The notes under the pieces were generated by a model that was not told the origin of the DNA, searched no databases, and worked only from the letters and a program-made list of their open reading frames with translations. A program made the position numbers and the translations under genes. Shown here in pieces: positions 46,216 to 64,000 of a stretch of 64,000 nucleotides of DNA. The DNA is from Marsupella aquatica (taxonomy: Eukaryota > Plantae > Marchantiophyta): assembly GCA_973895155.1 (NCBI GenBank), contig OZ316898.1:11741187-11805186 (forward strand), in the 5' to 3' direction. Positions within the stretch are counted from its first letter, which is position 1; each line of letters starts with the position of its first letter.

Positions 46216-49200
46216 AAAAGTAAACTTCTCCAAACGAAAGAGAAGCCAAAACACAGACAGGCCAAAAAGAAGGGGAATCAATTCGAAGCCAGGTGAGGAA
46301 GAGTCTGCAACAATTTATAGTGAATGCAGCATTACAAGTAAAGGATTTATCATGATGAATGATTTCCTAGATCTAGAAGATAGTTAGGAAGTTAGGCTTC
46401 CCAGACATGACTTAGGACAAGTGAAAAACTTCCGAAATACTTCTAGTGACATGCACATGGACGTTGTGTCATTTGTTGCCATCTAAGCTTTCAGGCAATT
46501 GAACTGTGCTGCCTACACGACCAAGCGTGCTAGCTATAATCTATATGAAACTACCTTCACAGAGATTTACGTAAAGAGTGAACATCGCAATCACATGGAC
46601 ATGTTTTGGATTTCCGCATTACGCGCTTCAATTGAACGCAAAGTGACACAGGGGAATTTCTCCTCACAGAACTATATGCTACTGATGGATGTCTATGCGT
46701 CTCCGTGGCAAGTGTACGCTCAAGATCTAGAACAATGTGACAAATGTTAGCTTCTAGCTGTCTAATGCGCGAGCAATGATGACATCTAGATTTGGTTTCC
46801 AAAGCAGCATAGGTCGCCATGGAGGCGAGGGATGATTTCCTGTTGGCATAGCCATAGAGACGGAGGCTTGCCGGTACAAGCTCATCGTTTACAAGGTCGA
46901 TGTGAGTGAGCTCATCCTTCAGTCCACGAGGTGTGGAACCCTTCCACATAGGCAAGAGAAAAGTATTTTTTTCATGGGGACAATCACTGCTTGAAGCATT
47001 GTGGATAGTGCTCAAACATAGTGTCTCTATACAATTTGATCTGTTAGTGTCCTGATTTAAGAGATGTCTTTGATGTCTTTGGCAGAAAGATCGTTGACTG
47101 ATTTTGAACCATTCTGCTAAAGGTTTTTTAAGAAAATACACCAGACAACTCAAAGCCCATACTTTAGAACTGAAGACCAGGATCCATTCAGATTCAATGG
47201 CAAAGTTGTTGGAACAAAGGTTGACTTGGAAAATTCTTCGTTCGAACAAATGAAGGGCCTTTTACCTGTATAGAGAAATATTGCAAGTTTGGACGAGAAG
47301 GTCTTTCTGGACTTCCGAATTCATGGCACACACTGTAAGACGATAATGTAAGGAAGGTTGTAAACTAGAACGGGAGATGATAGTTTCTACTACAGTACAC
47401 AGAGTCAGTTAAAATGATCAGCCCACGAGGAATACCCAATCGATTGTAACTGCAAACTGCATGGAATAAGTTATCAATACTTGCGTTTCCTTGGCATGTA
47501 GAGAAGGACTGAACAGAAGCAATGTCAGATTGAGAGTAGGAGGAAAATTATATTTGGAAGATTGTTTTCAAGAATGGCAGGTCACGGGTCCATTCTTTTA
47601 GATCCTCTTTTAAAAGAATGGTCGATCGTCCTTGAGCAGGTTCATGCTTACCCTCATTTTTAATTGGCATACCTTGACCACCAAGACAATCTGGAGTGCA
47701 ATGGCGAATCCCACAATTTCCAGTAGAACAAAATGTCGTGTCCAATATCTCTTCATGTCCATTCTTCACCAAAATCACACAACAACTCTGCTCATTTCTT
47801 CTTCTCTTAAAATTTTCCTTCCCTGTTCAGAGTGCGACAAGTGATTGTCTCCCCTTCTAAGTCTTGTGTCTAAAACAAATTTCATACCTTGTACCCGATT
47901 TGCCTCCAGCGGAAGAGTTGAACTCACAATCTAGCCCAATCGTGCAAGTTTGGACAGCAAACCGGAACAACCACTTTGATTGTTCAAAGTGGGAATTCAC
48001 ATGGCAGCCGGCTCCTCCGATCCACTAATGCTGGCAATGAGCCCTGGCTGACGATGAGCCCTGGCTGAGCTCTTCCACAAGTACCCACCAGAGCCGGCAT
48101 CGTGGAAGCATTTGCCAAAACTCGTCTTACCCTAAACCTGAAACAGGACAATCAAGCAATCATGATGCAAAGCCACACCACGCACAGCAACGAACACGAC
48201 ACATCGATCCAAATGAAATAAAACTGGACAGATAATTGATAATTTGATCTAAAAGCAAAAGAGTGGAAAAACATTGAAAGAATAGACCGCCCTTCTTCAT
48301 TCAACCTGCAGCGCTATGTCTGCTGGCCATCTCCGCCCAATAGAAACTGGTTGGCATACATCGCCGTTTTTGCATGAAGTGCTTATCCGTTCCACTATCA
48401 TCGCCAATCTCTCATCCAGAGACGTTGCATTGTCTGGGTTCTTCACTGGTGTTGCATCCAGGAAAATTACAGTCACCTAAATATACTTGACGTTTGTACT
48501 CTATCTATCAAGAAAGTTGAGCTTGGATGGACCCAGGGGTTGTGTTGCCCATACCCATGTACCGAGCCACAAGGTTCTTCACTTTACACCCAAAAGTCAC
48601 ACTGACCTGGCTGTTTTTGGAAGAATTTTGGAAGAAGACTTCAACTTTTGAGGACACCCAAAGTAGTTTTTCCAAGCGGCCAGACTAATTGTGAAATGCT
48701 TGTTTTTGGTAAGCTTGTGCACTAATGTGGACAACTTTTCGATCTCTCTTTAGGCTCAATTATTTCAAGCATGTTCTCTGACGAGTCTAATCTATTAGTG
48801 ACAAAGTTTCAGATTTTTCTGACAAGTGCTTCACTTTTGTGAAGGATGCTCTGAGTAGTTTGAGCATGAGCAGCCACTTACCACTGGGGAAGAAAGGTTC
48901 ATTTCTGTGAAGGATCCCCTGAGTACTCGTGCATGAGCAATGATTTGCCACCCCTTAAACTAATGGAAACCAGCTGCAAACAATAAGAAGCATGATTAGG
49001 TCATATTTCAGTCAAAATTGTAAGGATTGTTATCCGACCATTTTTTTGATGTTTTGAGTCAAGCCATCCCAGCTTTGGAATCCATGGGAGCTTCACAATA
49101 AACCCCTCAGTACATTCAGGCCCCTGAATAACCATTGGAAAGAGTTGCGATTTTTAGAAAACATCTCCAACACTCATTTTTTTCACAAACTACAACCTAC

Positions 49201-50324
49201 ACTAGGGTACTTTTCTTAGGTCATTTCTCATTTTAAATTGTATACAATATCCAGCCCATCAGGTTTTGGAATCCGTCAACTCCTTTCAAGGACTAAATTC
49301 ATGGCTTGCAAAACAAATGACTAAAGAAAAGCGTCCAATTGGGTGGATTGTAGTTTGTGAAAAAACTATTTTTGAGAATTCAAGATTGAGTGTTGGAGAT
49401 GTCAAAAAAGTCACAATTTTTTTCAGTACAATTTTTTTCAGTACACGTTTTTGAACTTCATAGATCACACCAAAACAAACTCTGGTCCAATAGAGTTCAT
49501 TCCATCATGCAATAAAATATCAGACCTTCAAACTTTTCACTTACCAAAGTTGCACAAAAGTTTCATGAAAGTTCTGCCAACCAAAATTGGTGCACTGATA
49601 GTTTCAAATGCTTTTCAAATATTTGAACAACTAACTGAGGTCAAATTCTCAGCTAGGATGTACATCTCAGACCTGTGTGCCCTAGGTAGCGCATTCTTGG
49701 TTAGCATCTGGTTACTCTTAGTACCCTTCAAAAGTTATGAGAAAGGTTTTGTCCGAACATGCAAGGAAATATACCTAAACATTAGTGTACTGATAGGTTT
49801 AGAGCCAACTTGCATGTGAGCAGCCCTGCATGTAAGGGCCCTCAACTTCACACATGTCATACCAGTACTCAGTGAGTATATTGTGGAGAATACTCTTTGT
49901 TTTTGTTTGGCAGGGCTTATGCCATATGAAGTGCAGAACCAAGGGCAAGGGCCAGAAGCTTTCCTGCCCTTGAGGTCCCGTCCTTTGAGTTTCAGATAAA
50001 ACAAAATGTGTAAGTTTTTCATCTTGGCCCGGAATGCACTGTTCTTGCCTATGTTTTTCGGAAAGCACGTCAGGCCAGTCCGCACTCCGTACTTCAGTCT
50101 AGAAAACAGGCAAAGTTAGTTCGCTTGAGATATCTGTAGTGGGCAACGCCAAAGAGGCAATCCAAGGGCAAGGACAATCATCACACTTAGCAGGGACAAT
50201 ATTAGCTTTTTTCCAAAAGGGCTTAATTCTTCAGGGCTCCGCCTACATGCGAGTTGGCCCTTAGTGCAAGTTTGCAAGTGCTTACTGTTGAGTTCTTCAG
50301 GGCTCCGCGTACATGCGAGTTGGC

Positions 50325-50820
50325 CTTTAGTGCAATGAATAATCAAGACACTGAACATTAGCATACTGATATGTTTAGTGCAACAAATAAATCAAGACTC
50401 TGAACCCATACCCATATGTTTAGTGCATTGAATAAATCAAGACGCTGAACACTAGAGGTATTTGCTTGATCTACCCCCAAAATGAAACTTGTTACTTGAT
50501 TGACCCCCTGAGGTCTATCAACGGTCCAGATCTGAGATCGAAAGGTCCATCAACGCACCAGATTGGGGAAAAGTATTGAGGGGGTGGATTAAACAAACTT
50601 TTTCCATAAGGGGGTCTACTAAGCATATCTCTCCCGAACACTAGCATAAGGAAATGTTTAGTGCAATGAATAGATCAAGACTCTGAAGAGAGCGTACGGA
50701 GATGAGTGCAATAAATAAATCAAGACACTGAACATTAGCATACGGAGATGTTTAGAGCAAGGAATAAATGAAGACTCTGAAGGTTATACGGAGATGTTTA
50801 GTGCAATGAATAAATCAATA
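50325..50820. repeat. ~50-bp tandem repeat interrupted by a MITE
   Basis: TTAGTGCAATGAATAAATCAAGAC(A/T)CTGAACATTAGCATACGGAGATGT-like units, about 7 copies. Confidence 0.85.
50455..50633. mobile_element. Mutator-like MITE, 179 bp
   Basis: Imperfect G-starting TIRs GAGGTATTTGCTT...CCCCC / GGGGG...AAGCATATCTCTC. A 10-bp TSD CTGAACACTA/CCGAACACTA splits a satellite unit. Confidence 0.7.
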
Positions 50821-51116
50821 CAGGTGCAACGAAACTACGCAAGTCCCAAAAAGATTATTGGAAGGCAGCAGCAGAACGAGTCAGACCAGTTACAGCGATG
50901 CGGAAGATTTGCTTTCTTTTACTCCGAAAGTGGGGCTTCCAAATCTGGGCTGATGCGAGACTACGTGGCTGGTCCTTTTGCCTGCTGTGCTGTGCTCATC
51001 ACCTCCATCAGCTGTGCTGTCGGTAGCAAGCATCAACTGATGAAGAACAAGCACAACCACCTTCAGCAATAACAATATCACAGCACATCTACTCTGTCTC
51101 TCACTCTCTCTTTCTT

Positions 51117-51358
51117 TCTTCTAGTGAGTAGAAATTGTGAAGTACTGATGCTGCAAACTTGAGATCACCACTTCTTCCACTGGCACAACGAAGGAGAAAG
51201 AAATCTTTCTTCTAGTGAGAAGATATTGTAAAGTACTGATGCTGCAAACTTGAGAACATCACTTCCTCCACTGGCACAACGAAGGAGAAAGAAATTGCAA
51301 AGTGTTGTTGCTGCAAACTTGAAATCATCAGTTCCTCCACTCGCACAACGAAGGAGAG
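51117..51358. repeat. Three-copy direct repeat upstream of Pta
   Basis: GCTGCAAACTTGA..ATCA..TTCCTCCACT.GCACAACGAAGGAGA occurs three times. Confidence 0.85.
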
Positions 51359-51954
51359 CCATGAGTACTTGCTCTCTCATTCAAGTGCGGAGGCCGAAAC
51401 TTCCTGGCACAGTCCCATCTGTTGTCCTCTGAATTGGGCTGTGTGGGGATTGTCAGCTCAGCCCTCGCATTGCATTGTTGGCGAGGCGTTTATCACTTCC
51501 TTTCCGTTACCGGGGGACATGACAGTACAGGAGTAGCTATACGGTGGGGTGGGGTGGGGGTGGGGTGGGGTGGGGTGGGGTGGTGGTCTGAGCACTTTCG
51601 GGTTCTGTCACTTCTCATCAGTTGCATGCATGCAGACAGGCAGGTAGGAAAGCTAGGTGGGATGTTGTGCTGAAATGTACCACAATCAGTGACGTCTCTT
51701 CTGGCCTGGCATTGATCCATCTCACTCGCATAGACATCATATCATATCGCCCTTTGTCTGCTGTGGTGGTGCGTGTTTGGCGTGACCACAAGGATTTTAT
51801 TGCTCCAAAGAACAAGAGAGGAGCACCGATTCATTTAATGAGTGGATTGCTGGGAGTTCCAATCCTGGGGAGACATAACAGAAATAAGTCGGGCCCTTGT
51901 TAACCGCAATTTGCAGCTCCCTCCCTCAGCTCTTCAGCTGCTCTTCGTGAAGAT

Positions 51955-58155
<6,201 letters not shown>

Positions 58156-59183
58156 AGAATTGTACGACACCATGCTGTGTTCCAGATGCTGCACCCACAT
58201 CTTCTACCGTGAGGACTAAGAGTCCATGAACGTCATTCCTCACGCACATTGCTGAGAGCAACAGACTTTAGGTGTGGAGGTTAATGTCAATCCAGACAAT
58301 GGATTTGTGACAACTCTCCCGCTTAATGTGGATAGCTGTTTCTATTCAACACCCAGGTATCTAAACTGTCTTTCAACCTAGTCCAGACGAACTATGTCTA
58401 CTATACGTAGACATAGTAGAAGGACTAAATTCAAGATACCTGATCCAGCTCGTGATTGGCTTGTCCATCACGCAAGAACAACCGAACAATGAGTCCTTCG
58501 GTTTGTACATAACTGGGTTTTATGGAATCATGAAATCCACATGAAATTGAGAAAAGTATACCCTTCTGTGCAAGGAAGGTGACTTGACAAACTATAGGTT
58601 CAATATGAGAAGAGACCGTCGTTGTATTTAGTTTAATAGCTACTTCAGAAGTAGCATAGGCCTTCATGGACCACACTTTTTTACTGTTTTGTAACTAAGT
58701 GTAAATTCTTTATTTGTTTCAACAAAGAACAAAGTGATTTGCTGTAACAAGGTTTGATTTTTCTTCATGTGTAATGCTTGACATGGATTTTTCTTCATAT
58801 GTGGAATACTTGACATAACACAAGGAGGATGCTTGTAAACAAGATGGGCTCTAGTTGGTCGAGGCGCGACCCCATTGAGTGAATGGAAGGTGCCTGGATT
58901 TGACTTTTGGACTCCCAATATCAAATTTCTAAAAACCATGATATTTGCGAAGTTGACGAATTACCCAGAGAAGTGCGCAGCTAAATGCAAATGACACTCC
59001 ACAGCTGAACGAATGTTCAAAACCCTGCTGAACATACAGCACTTGAAGAATTTACTTCAGTATTCGGCAAGCAACAATTCAGAGTTCTCAGTACGTGAAA
59101 CCTCCCGAGACTTGTGCCTGGCTAATTGAAAATAAGCTCTTTTAAATTTATCGCTGAGTTCCATCTTCCTTAAGCAGGTCTTC

Positions 59184-60460
59184 TCAAGCTTGTTTCACAG
59201 CATTGGAAGTGTCACCCTTGTTCCATTCCCGGAGCATCCAAATGATTGACGTACCTGTCAAAAGTGGATTTAGAATTTCAAATTGGTCAGGCGGAAAACT
59301 ATGCGCAGAGTAGTGGCAGGCAAGGAGAGCAGATTATTCCGAAAGACGATAATCAAGGAGCTCAAACAAACCGATTTCCCACCGTTCATCTTGTCTTAGA
59401 TAGACAGTGACAGTGACAGTGAGGTGTTTCTATAATGGCACGCGAACTTCTCTCAAATTTTCATCTCTGAAGAAATTGCCAACTTATCCACTGGAAAACC
59501 TGTTGAGATAGCATGCTGTCTGTCTCGCTGGAATATGTTTGTAATGTACAGTAGAGAAATGATCACTGACAGAAGAAAGAAGCTGACAACTCGAAGGAGT
59601 GATCCTAACATTATCTTGGTAGAAGATGCTGTGCAATTTGCAGTAAGACACAAGGATAGCAACAGGTTCTCACAATGGGAAAGGACTAAAGTCAGTAAGT
59701 ACCTGCAAAGAGACTTGTCGTAGCGAGCCCGCGGAGGGGCATGGTCTTCCAAATGAAGCACTCGGTGAGAAAGTGTGCAAGCGCATACACAAAGGACATG
59801 AAAGTGACGATGTAAAGGGGTTTATTCTTTTGTAGAGTTGTGGCAGTCATGAAACAGAGGGTACATGTGAGCAGGGTCCACGTTGCAAAAGTTCTTCCAT
59901 GCATGTCTGTCACTGTTCACCGAGCAACATCCAAAATGTAAGCCTCCCATCAAATCAGAACAACAATGAGCCATAACAACTTTGACCTATCAATCTAATC
60001 AACATACATTCTTAAAACCCTGACTTGCATCGTGTGTTCCCTGCAATATGAAGGCCAAAGAATCGAGGGCCCAACAATTGAACGAAACACTCTTTCACAC
60101 GGAGAGTGAAAACTCAGACCACACCATCCTCTCGTTGCCTTTAATCAATGTGTCAGAAAAGAATGTTAAGTTTTTGGTAACAACACCGCAGCACAAGACC
60201 CAGAATGGAAGTTATTTACCGGATGAAAAACATCGGGAAACCCAGAGATGGACACTTGATCGAGAAAAGAGTAGAAAATGCACAAATTAGTAATCAAGAC
60301 TAGACGGACGACGCCCTATCAGAAAACGAGAGACAGACGAGGAGAACTTACTCTCAGGGAAGACGGAGAGACGCAGTGCCCATATGTCGAAGAAACCAAA
60401 CCACACAGAGGAGAGGCGCAAGAAGCCCACAACGATCAGCCATACCCCGAGCGGCGCCAT
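59184..60460 (-). CDS. ERG28: Ergosterol biosynthesis protein 28 (sterol C4-demethylation scaffold)
   Basis: Exons ~60460-60352, 59912-59703 and 59254-59184 encode MAPLGVWLIVVGFLRLSSVWFGFFDIWALRLSVF..MTDMHGRTFATWTLLTCTLC...YALAHFLTECFIWKTM...FAGTSIIWML. Confidence 0.92.
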
Positions 60461-60488
60461 TGAGTTTCCTTCTAGTCACTCTTTCTGA

Positions 60489-60752
60489 GCTGATATACGA
60501 ATGCCGTTCTGCAAATCGAATGTGGAAAATCACTGGACGAATCTCATTTACAGATCTGCTGTAGAAAGATTTCACATCCGAAGGTTTCTGGAGCCGAGCA
60601 TTCTGTTGAAGCACTCGGTAGCTGAGAGTGCAGATCGAAGCCAACACAGTTTGTAAAATGATGCAAAGCTGATATGCGAATGCCGTCCTGCAAATGATGT
60701 GTGAAGAATCACCGGAGGAATCTCATTCCGACATCTGCTAGAGAAGGACTTT
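60489..60752. repeat. Degenerate direct duplication in the ERG28 5' region
   Basis: GCTGATAT(A/G)CGAATGCCGT(T/C)CTGCAAAT...AATCTCATT...ATCTGCT occurs at ~60489 and ~60668. Confidence 0.7.
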
Positions 60753-61164
60753 GAAGCAGAGGGATCTGTTGACGCTCTCGAGAGCTGAGACTGTAGATTG
60801 AAACAAACGTAGTTTTCTAATATAACGCACGACAAAATGAAAGGAAAACGCCCTCACTAAATAACAAATATTCACGTGCCAAGTGAGCCCTCTAGACTTT
60901 AGGTTTGTGTTTTTTTTAAACCAACTAGCCAGTACTAGCCAGGTGATGAGCCTGGAATTGAAAGGTCCCATAACAATCACACCTTCCACACAGAGAGGGG
61001 TGTGGGGGTCTATGTGTGTGGGTGTGTGGGTGTGATGGGTTTTGTGGGTAGTGGATGGGAGTTTTGATTATTAGTAGGCCCTGTTGTCCACTTTTGTGGC
61101 CATGCTTTAATCTTCTCTCCCTCCTGGTGCAAGTCCATGTGGGATCCCTGGGGGCTCAACTTAA

Positions 61165-61358
61165 AATGGGTTCCTACAATGAATATATGTCACTATGGGG
61201 TGGGGAGAGTCTACATTTATTAAGTGCTCTTCCTCATTTTCTTTCAAGAAAAAAAAATGTTCAACTGGAATGGGTTCCTACAATAAATGTATGTCACTAT
61301 GGGGTGTGGAGAGTCTACTAGTATTAAGTGCTCTTCCTCATTTTCTTTGAAGAAAAAG
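61165..61358. repeat. ~104-bp direct duplication
   Basis: AATGGGTTCCTACAAT...GTCACTATGGGGTG.GGAGAGTCTAC...TATTAAGTGCTCTTCCTCATTTTCTTT occurs twice. Confidence 0.85.
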
Positions 61359-62459
61359 AATGCAGCTTTTTCCTAGTGATTGAACGCCCTCATAACAACA
61401 ATTGCCAAGCTAAGTGAGTTGCTCTACACAGATAATACCTCGGATAATACCCTAGGAATGATCAGATTAGTGAAAGGTTGAGTCCTTGGGACAGATTTTT
61501 GTTAGTGTTTGTGAAACTTAAAAATGTGGACTTTTTGCACAGGGCAACTTTTCCTCCCTATGGTAGTGTTGTCTGGCTAGTCAGTCCATTGTATGAACAA
61601 AGGGTGTCAGCAAAACATTTAAAGGGACAACTGCCAGATGAAGTGAAATGTACCCTCTGAGACCATTGTCCAAGGAGAAACGAAGGGTGACAGGAAATTT
61701 TAAAGAGATGAGGGCGAGGTGAATTGAAATGTCACCTGCAAGACCCAAGGAGGACAGAGAAAATGGTCTGGTGATAGGGACTATGCCAATGAAAAAAATT
61801 AATCCAAACACTACTTTTCAGGTGACGTATCCAATACTAGCACATAATATAATATAGTGCATATTCTGCATAAAGGGGGCTTTACAAGATGGTGGGGGCA
61901 GTTGAGTGTCTCTCCATCCAAAGCAAAGCCTATGGCCATTTCTTTACACAAAAGTTAAAATGCCTGAGCAAAATGTGTCATGTCTGGAATGCGATTCCCT
62001 GAAAAGAAGGGGCTATTTGCTCCAAGTTTTCAGACCACCTCAAGAGGAGGTCCAAGTTTTTGACAAAAATGCTTGCACACATCAGCAAAAAAGGGGACCC
62101 ATAAGGGGCCCACCCACAGATGACTAGATTGGGTAATAAATGCTTTTGCTTGATTGTGCCCCCAAGTTCATGTAAAGTAAAGTGTGGCCAGTTTCCACAT
62201 ATGAATGACTAGTTTTGCATCTCTCACTTAGAAAAAAAAAAGAATTGCTGCCCCAAGTTCTCTCTAAAGCCACCCTAAGTGAGTCTAGGGAGATATGATG
62301 GTCATAAATAAATCTAACAAAATTTCTTAGCATCTTTTCCTTCACAGAAAGTGACACCAGCCACCAGATGTAAATGAAAATTGAACTGGCTCCACCATCC
62401 GCCACCATCCCGTGCTGTGCACAAAAGTTGGACCAGGTCCACCTGTTTTGCATTTATTT

Positions 62460-62720
62460 CTTGCTGGGTATGCCCCGTTAGTGGGCACAACCCAAGTACC
62501 CAACCGTAGTAGATGACCTGTTTATTAAGATTGCTGGGTATGGGTCAAACAACCCTCATTAATGACCAAAACCCAACAATAGGAGGTGGCATTATTATTA
62601 TTATTGCTAGGTGTGGGTCAAACGACCCCCATTGATGGCGAAAACCTAGCAGTTGAGCAGTACAAGGCTAATTTTAATATTAATATTATTGCTGGGTATG
62701 GGTCCAACAACCCCATTTCA
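62460..62720. repeat. Four spaced copies of a ~28-bp motif
   Basis: TTGCTGGGTATGGGTCAAACAACCC-like copies at ~62461, 62531, 62604 and 62689. Confidence 0.75.
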
Positions 62721-63807
62721 TGGACAACAGCTTGTGCCTCCAGAGCAGATGGTATAAACGATCTCCCTAAAAGCAAGCCACTATTTTAGCTAAACTTTTT
62801 GCCAGAAATCATTCAAAATGAGAGTGGCTTTAACAAGAAGTGGGGGGGGGGGGGGGACTCGTGGCTTCTTCTCACCATACCAAACTGGAGCGTCATTATA
62901 GAACATACAATGTTCTTGCTATGAACATAGAAAGCATTACAAGAAGTGTAGGGACTTGTGATTTCACCTTAGCAAACTGGAGGGCCATTTTTTGTTCTAA
63001 AACATAGACTCCAAACCAAAGCACTACCAGATGTCTTTTGAAATGAACTTCACCAGATGCAAATAGCTAGAATGAGGAGCCTTAGTTTGGAAAGGTTTGG
63101 ACCACCTCAAGAGGTGGTTTAAGATAGTAGACAAAACAAGCACTCCACATCAGTAGTTACTTGGGCCCACTACTAGCCATGTAGGATTGGGGTACACCGT
63201 TCACAGTGAGTTCACCATAAATCTCCTTTGGTGTGGAGGAGAGAAGCACTCATTTTGGCTCAAGCAAACTGCCTGGCTGGGTATTGTACAGACACCCTCA
63301 CCAGAATTTTTCAAGGGGCAAAAAATTGCCAAATTCCACCTCCTTGAAAAGTCTGTTTTCTAATTTTGGCAACACTAAACCAATTTTCCACTTACCCACA
63401 GACTTGGTTGGCCAGAAGGTAAAGGGTACCTTTTAATATAGGGAGTTCTAAGGGCCAGACATTTAAGGAGGAAAATTAGATAATCAATACTCCTAGAATC
63501 TTACCATGTTACCTACAGAATTGAAGAGAAGAACATTGAGTCTCGAAAAGACCTAATGGAACAAAATGTCAAATACAATTTTACAACAAGAAGACATTCA
63601 CATGAATGTTTGCACATGTGATTATCCTAATTCATAGTTCAGAATGCGCCAAAATGACAGCTTGGCCCAATTTACGATTACCACCGTGCAAGCCATGCAG
63701 CTTGACTGGACACAATCACTATGAAATTGAGCAGGGTTCATTGTTCAAAGTCCTATTATCACTATATACCTAGAAGAACTTTCAGAAGAACATTCTGTGA
63801 GGCTCTT

Positions 63808-64000
63808 TAAGAGGGGGTTGATCAGGCAAGAAAAGTTTTGAGGAGGCTGATGAAGTAAAGTTCATTAAGAGGGGGTTGATCAAGCTTTGAAAAGTTTCAA
63901 GGAGACTGATTGGTAAAGTTCATTAAGGGGGATTCGTCAAGCAAGAGAAGTTTCAAGGGGGTTGATGAGGTAAAGTATTTCAGAAGTTTCAAGGGGGCTG
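63808..64000. repeat. ~58-bp tandem repeat running off the window end
   Basis: TAAGAGGGGGTTGATCAAGC...AAAGTTTCAAGGAG.CTGAT..GTAAAGTTCAT units. Confidence 0.8.

Noticed and set aside
48560-50103. Possible non-autonomous Helitron ending in CTAG at ~50100
   Set aside because: No convincing 3' hairpin or 5' TC boundary was identified.

Overview
Land-plant nuclear DNA. It is probably from a seed-free lineage, because it carries an intron-containing, bacterial-type phosphate acetyltransferase. From left to right: (1) a degenerate satellite field (~700-2430) built partly from the 3' end and 3' flank of an adjacent minus-strand U2 snRNA gene (2437-2631); (2) a divergent class II LBD transcription factor gene (4335-6699/7314); (3) a ~15.5-kb decayed Helitron (9719-~25228, minus) containing a 297-bp MITE and a full-length Ty1/copia element (17195-23793), which itself contains a solo LTR; (4) two more MITEs; (5) the plastid-protein genes BSD2 (+) and CSP41b/CRB (-), tail to tail; (6) a 4.5-kb DNA transposon (36376-40906) with CTCGGGGGGGTCAC TIRs, an 8-bp TSD and a P-element-like transposase remnant, in the same family as two MITEs in this window; (7) an unusual kinase-less L-type lectin membrane protein; (8) a 13-exon phosphate acetyltransferase (Pta) gene; and (9) ERG28. 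The most novel-looking item is the P-like transposon/MITE family. All calls come from reading the sequence by eye; no searches were run.
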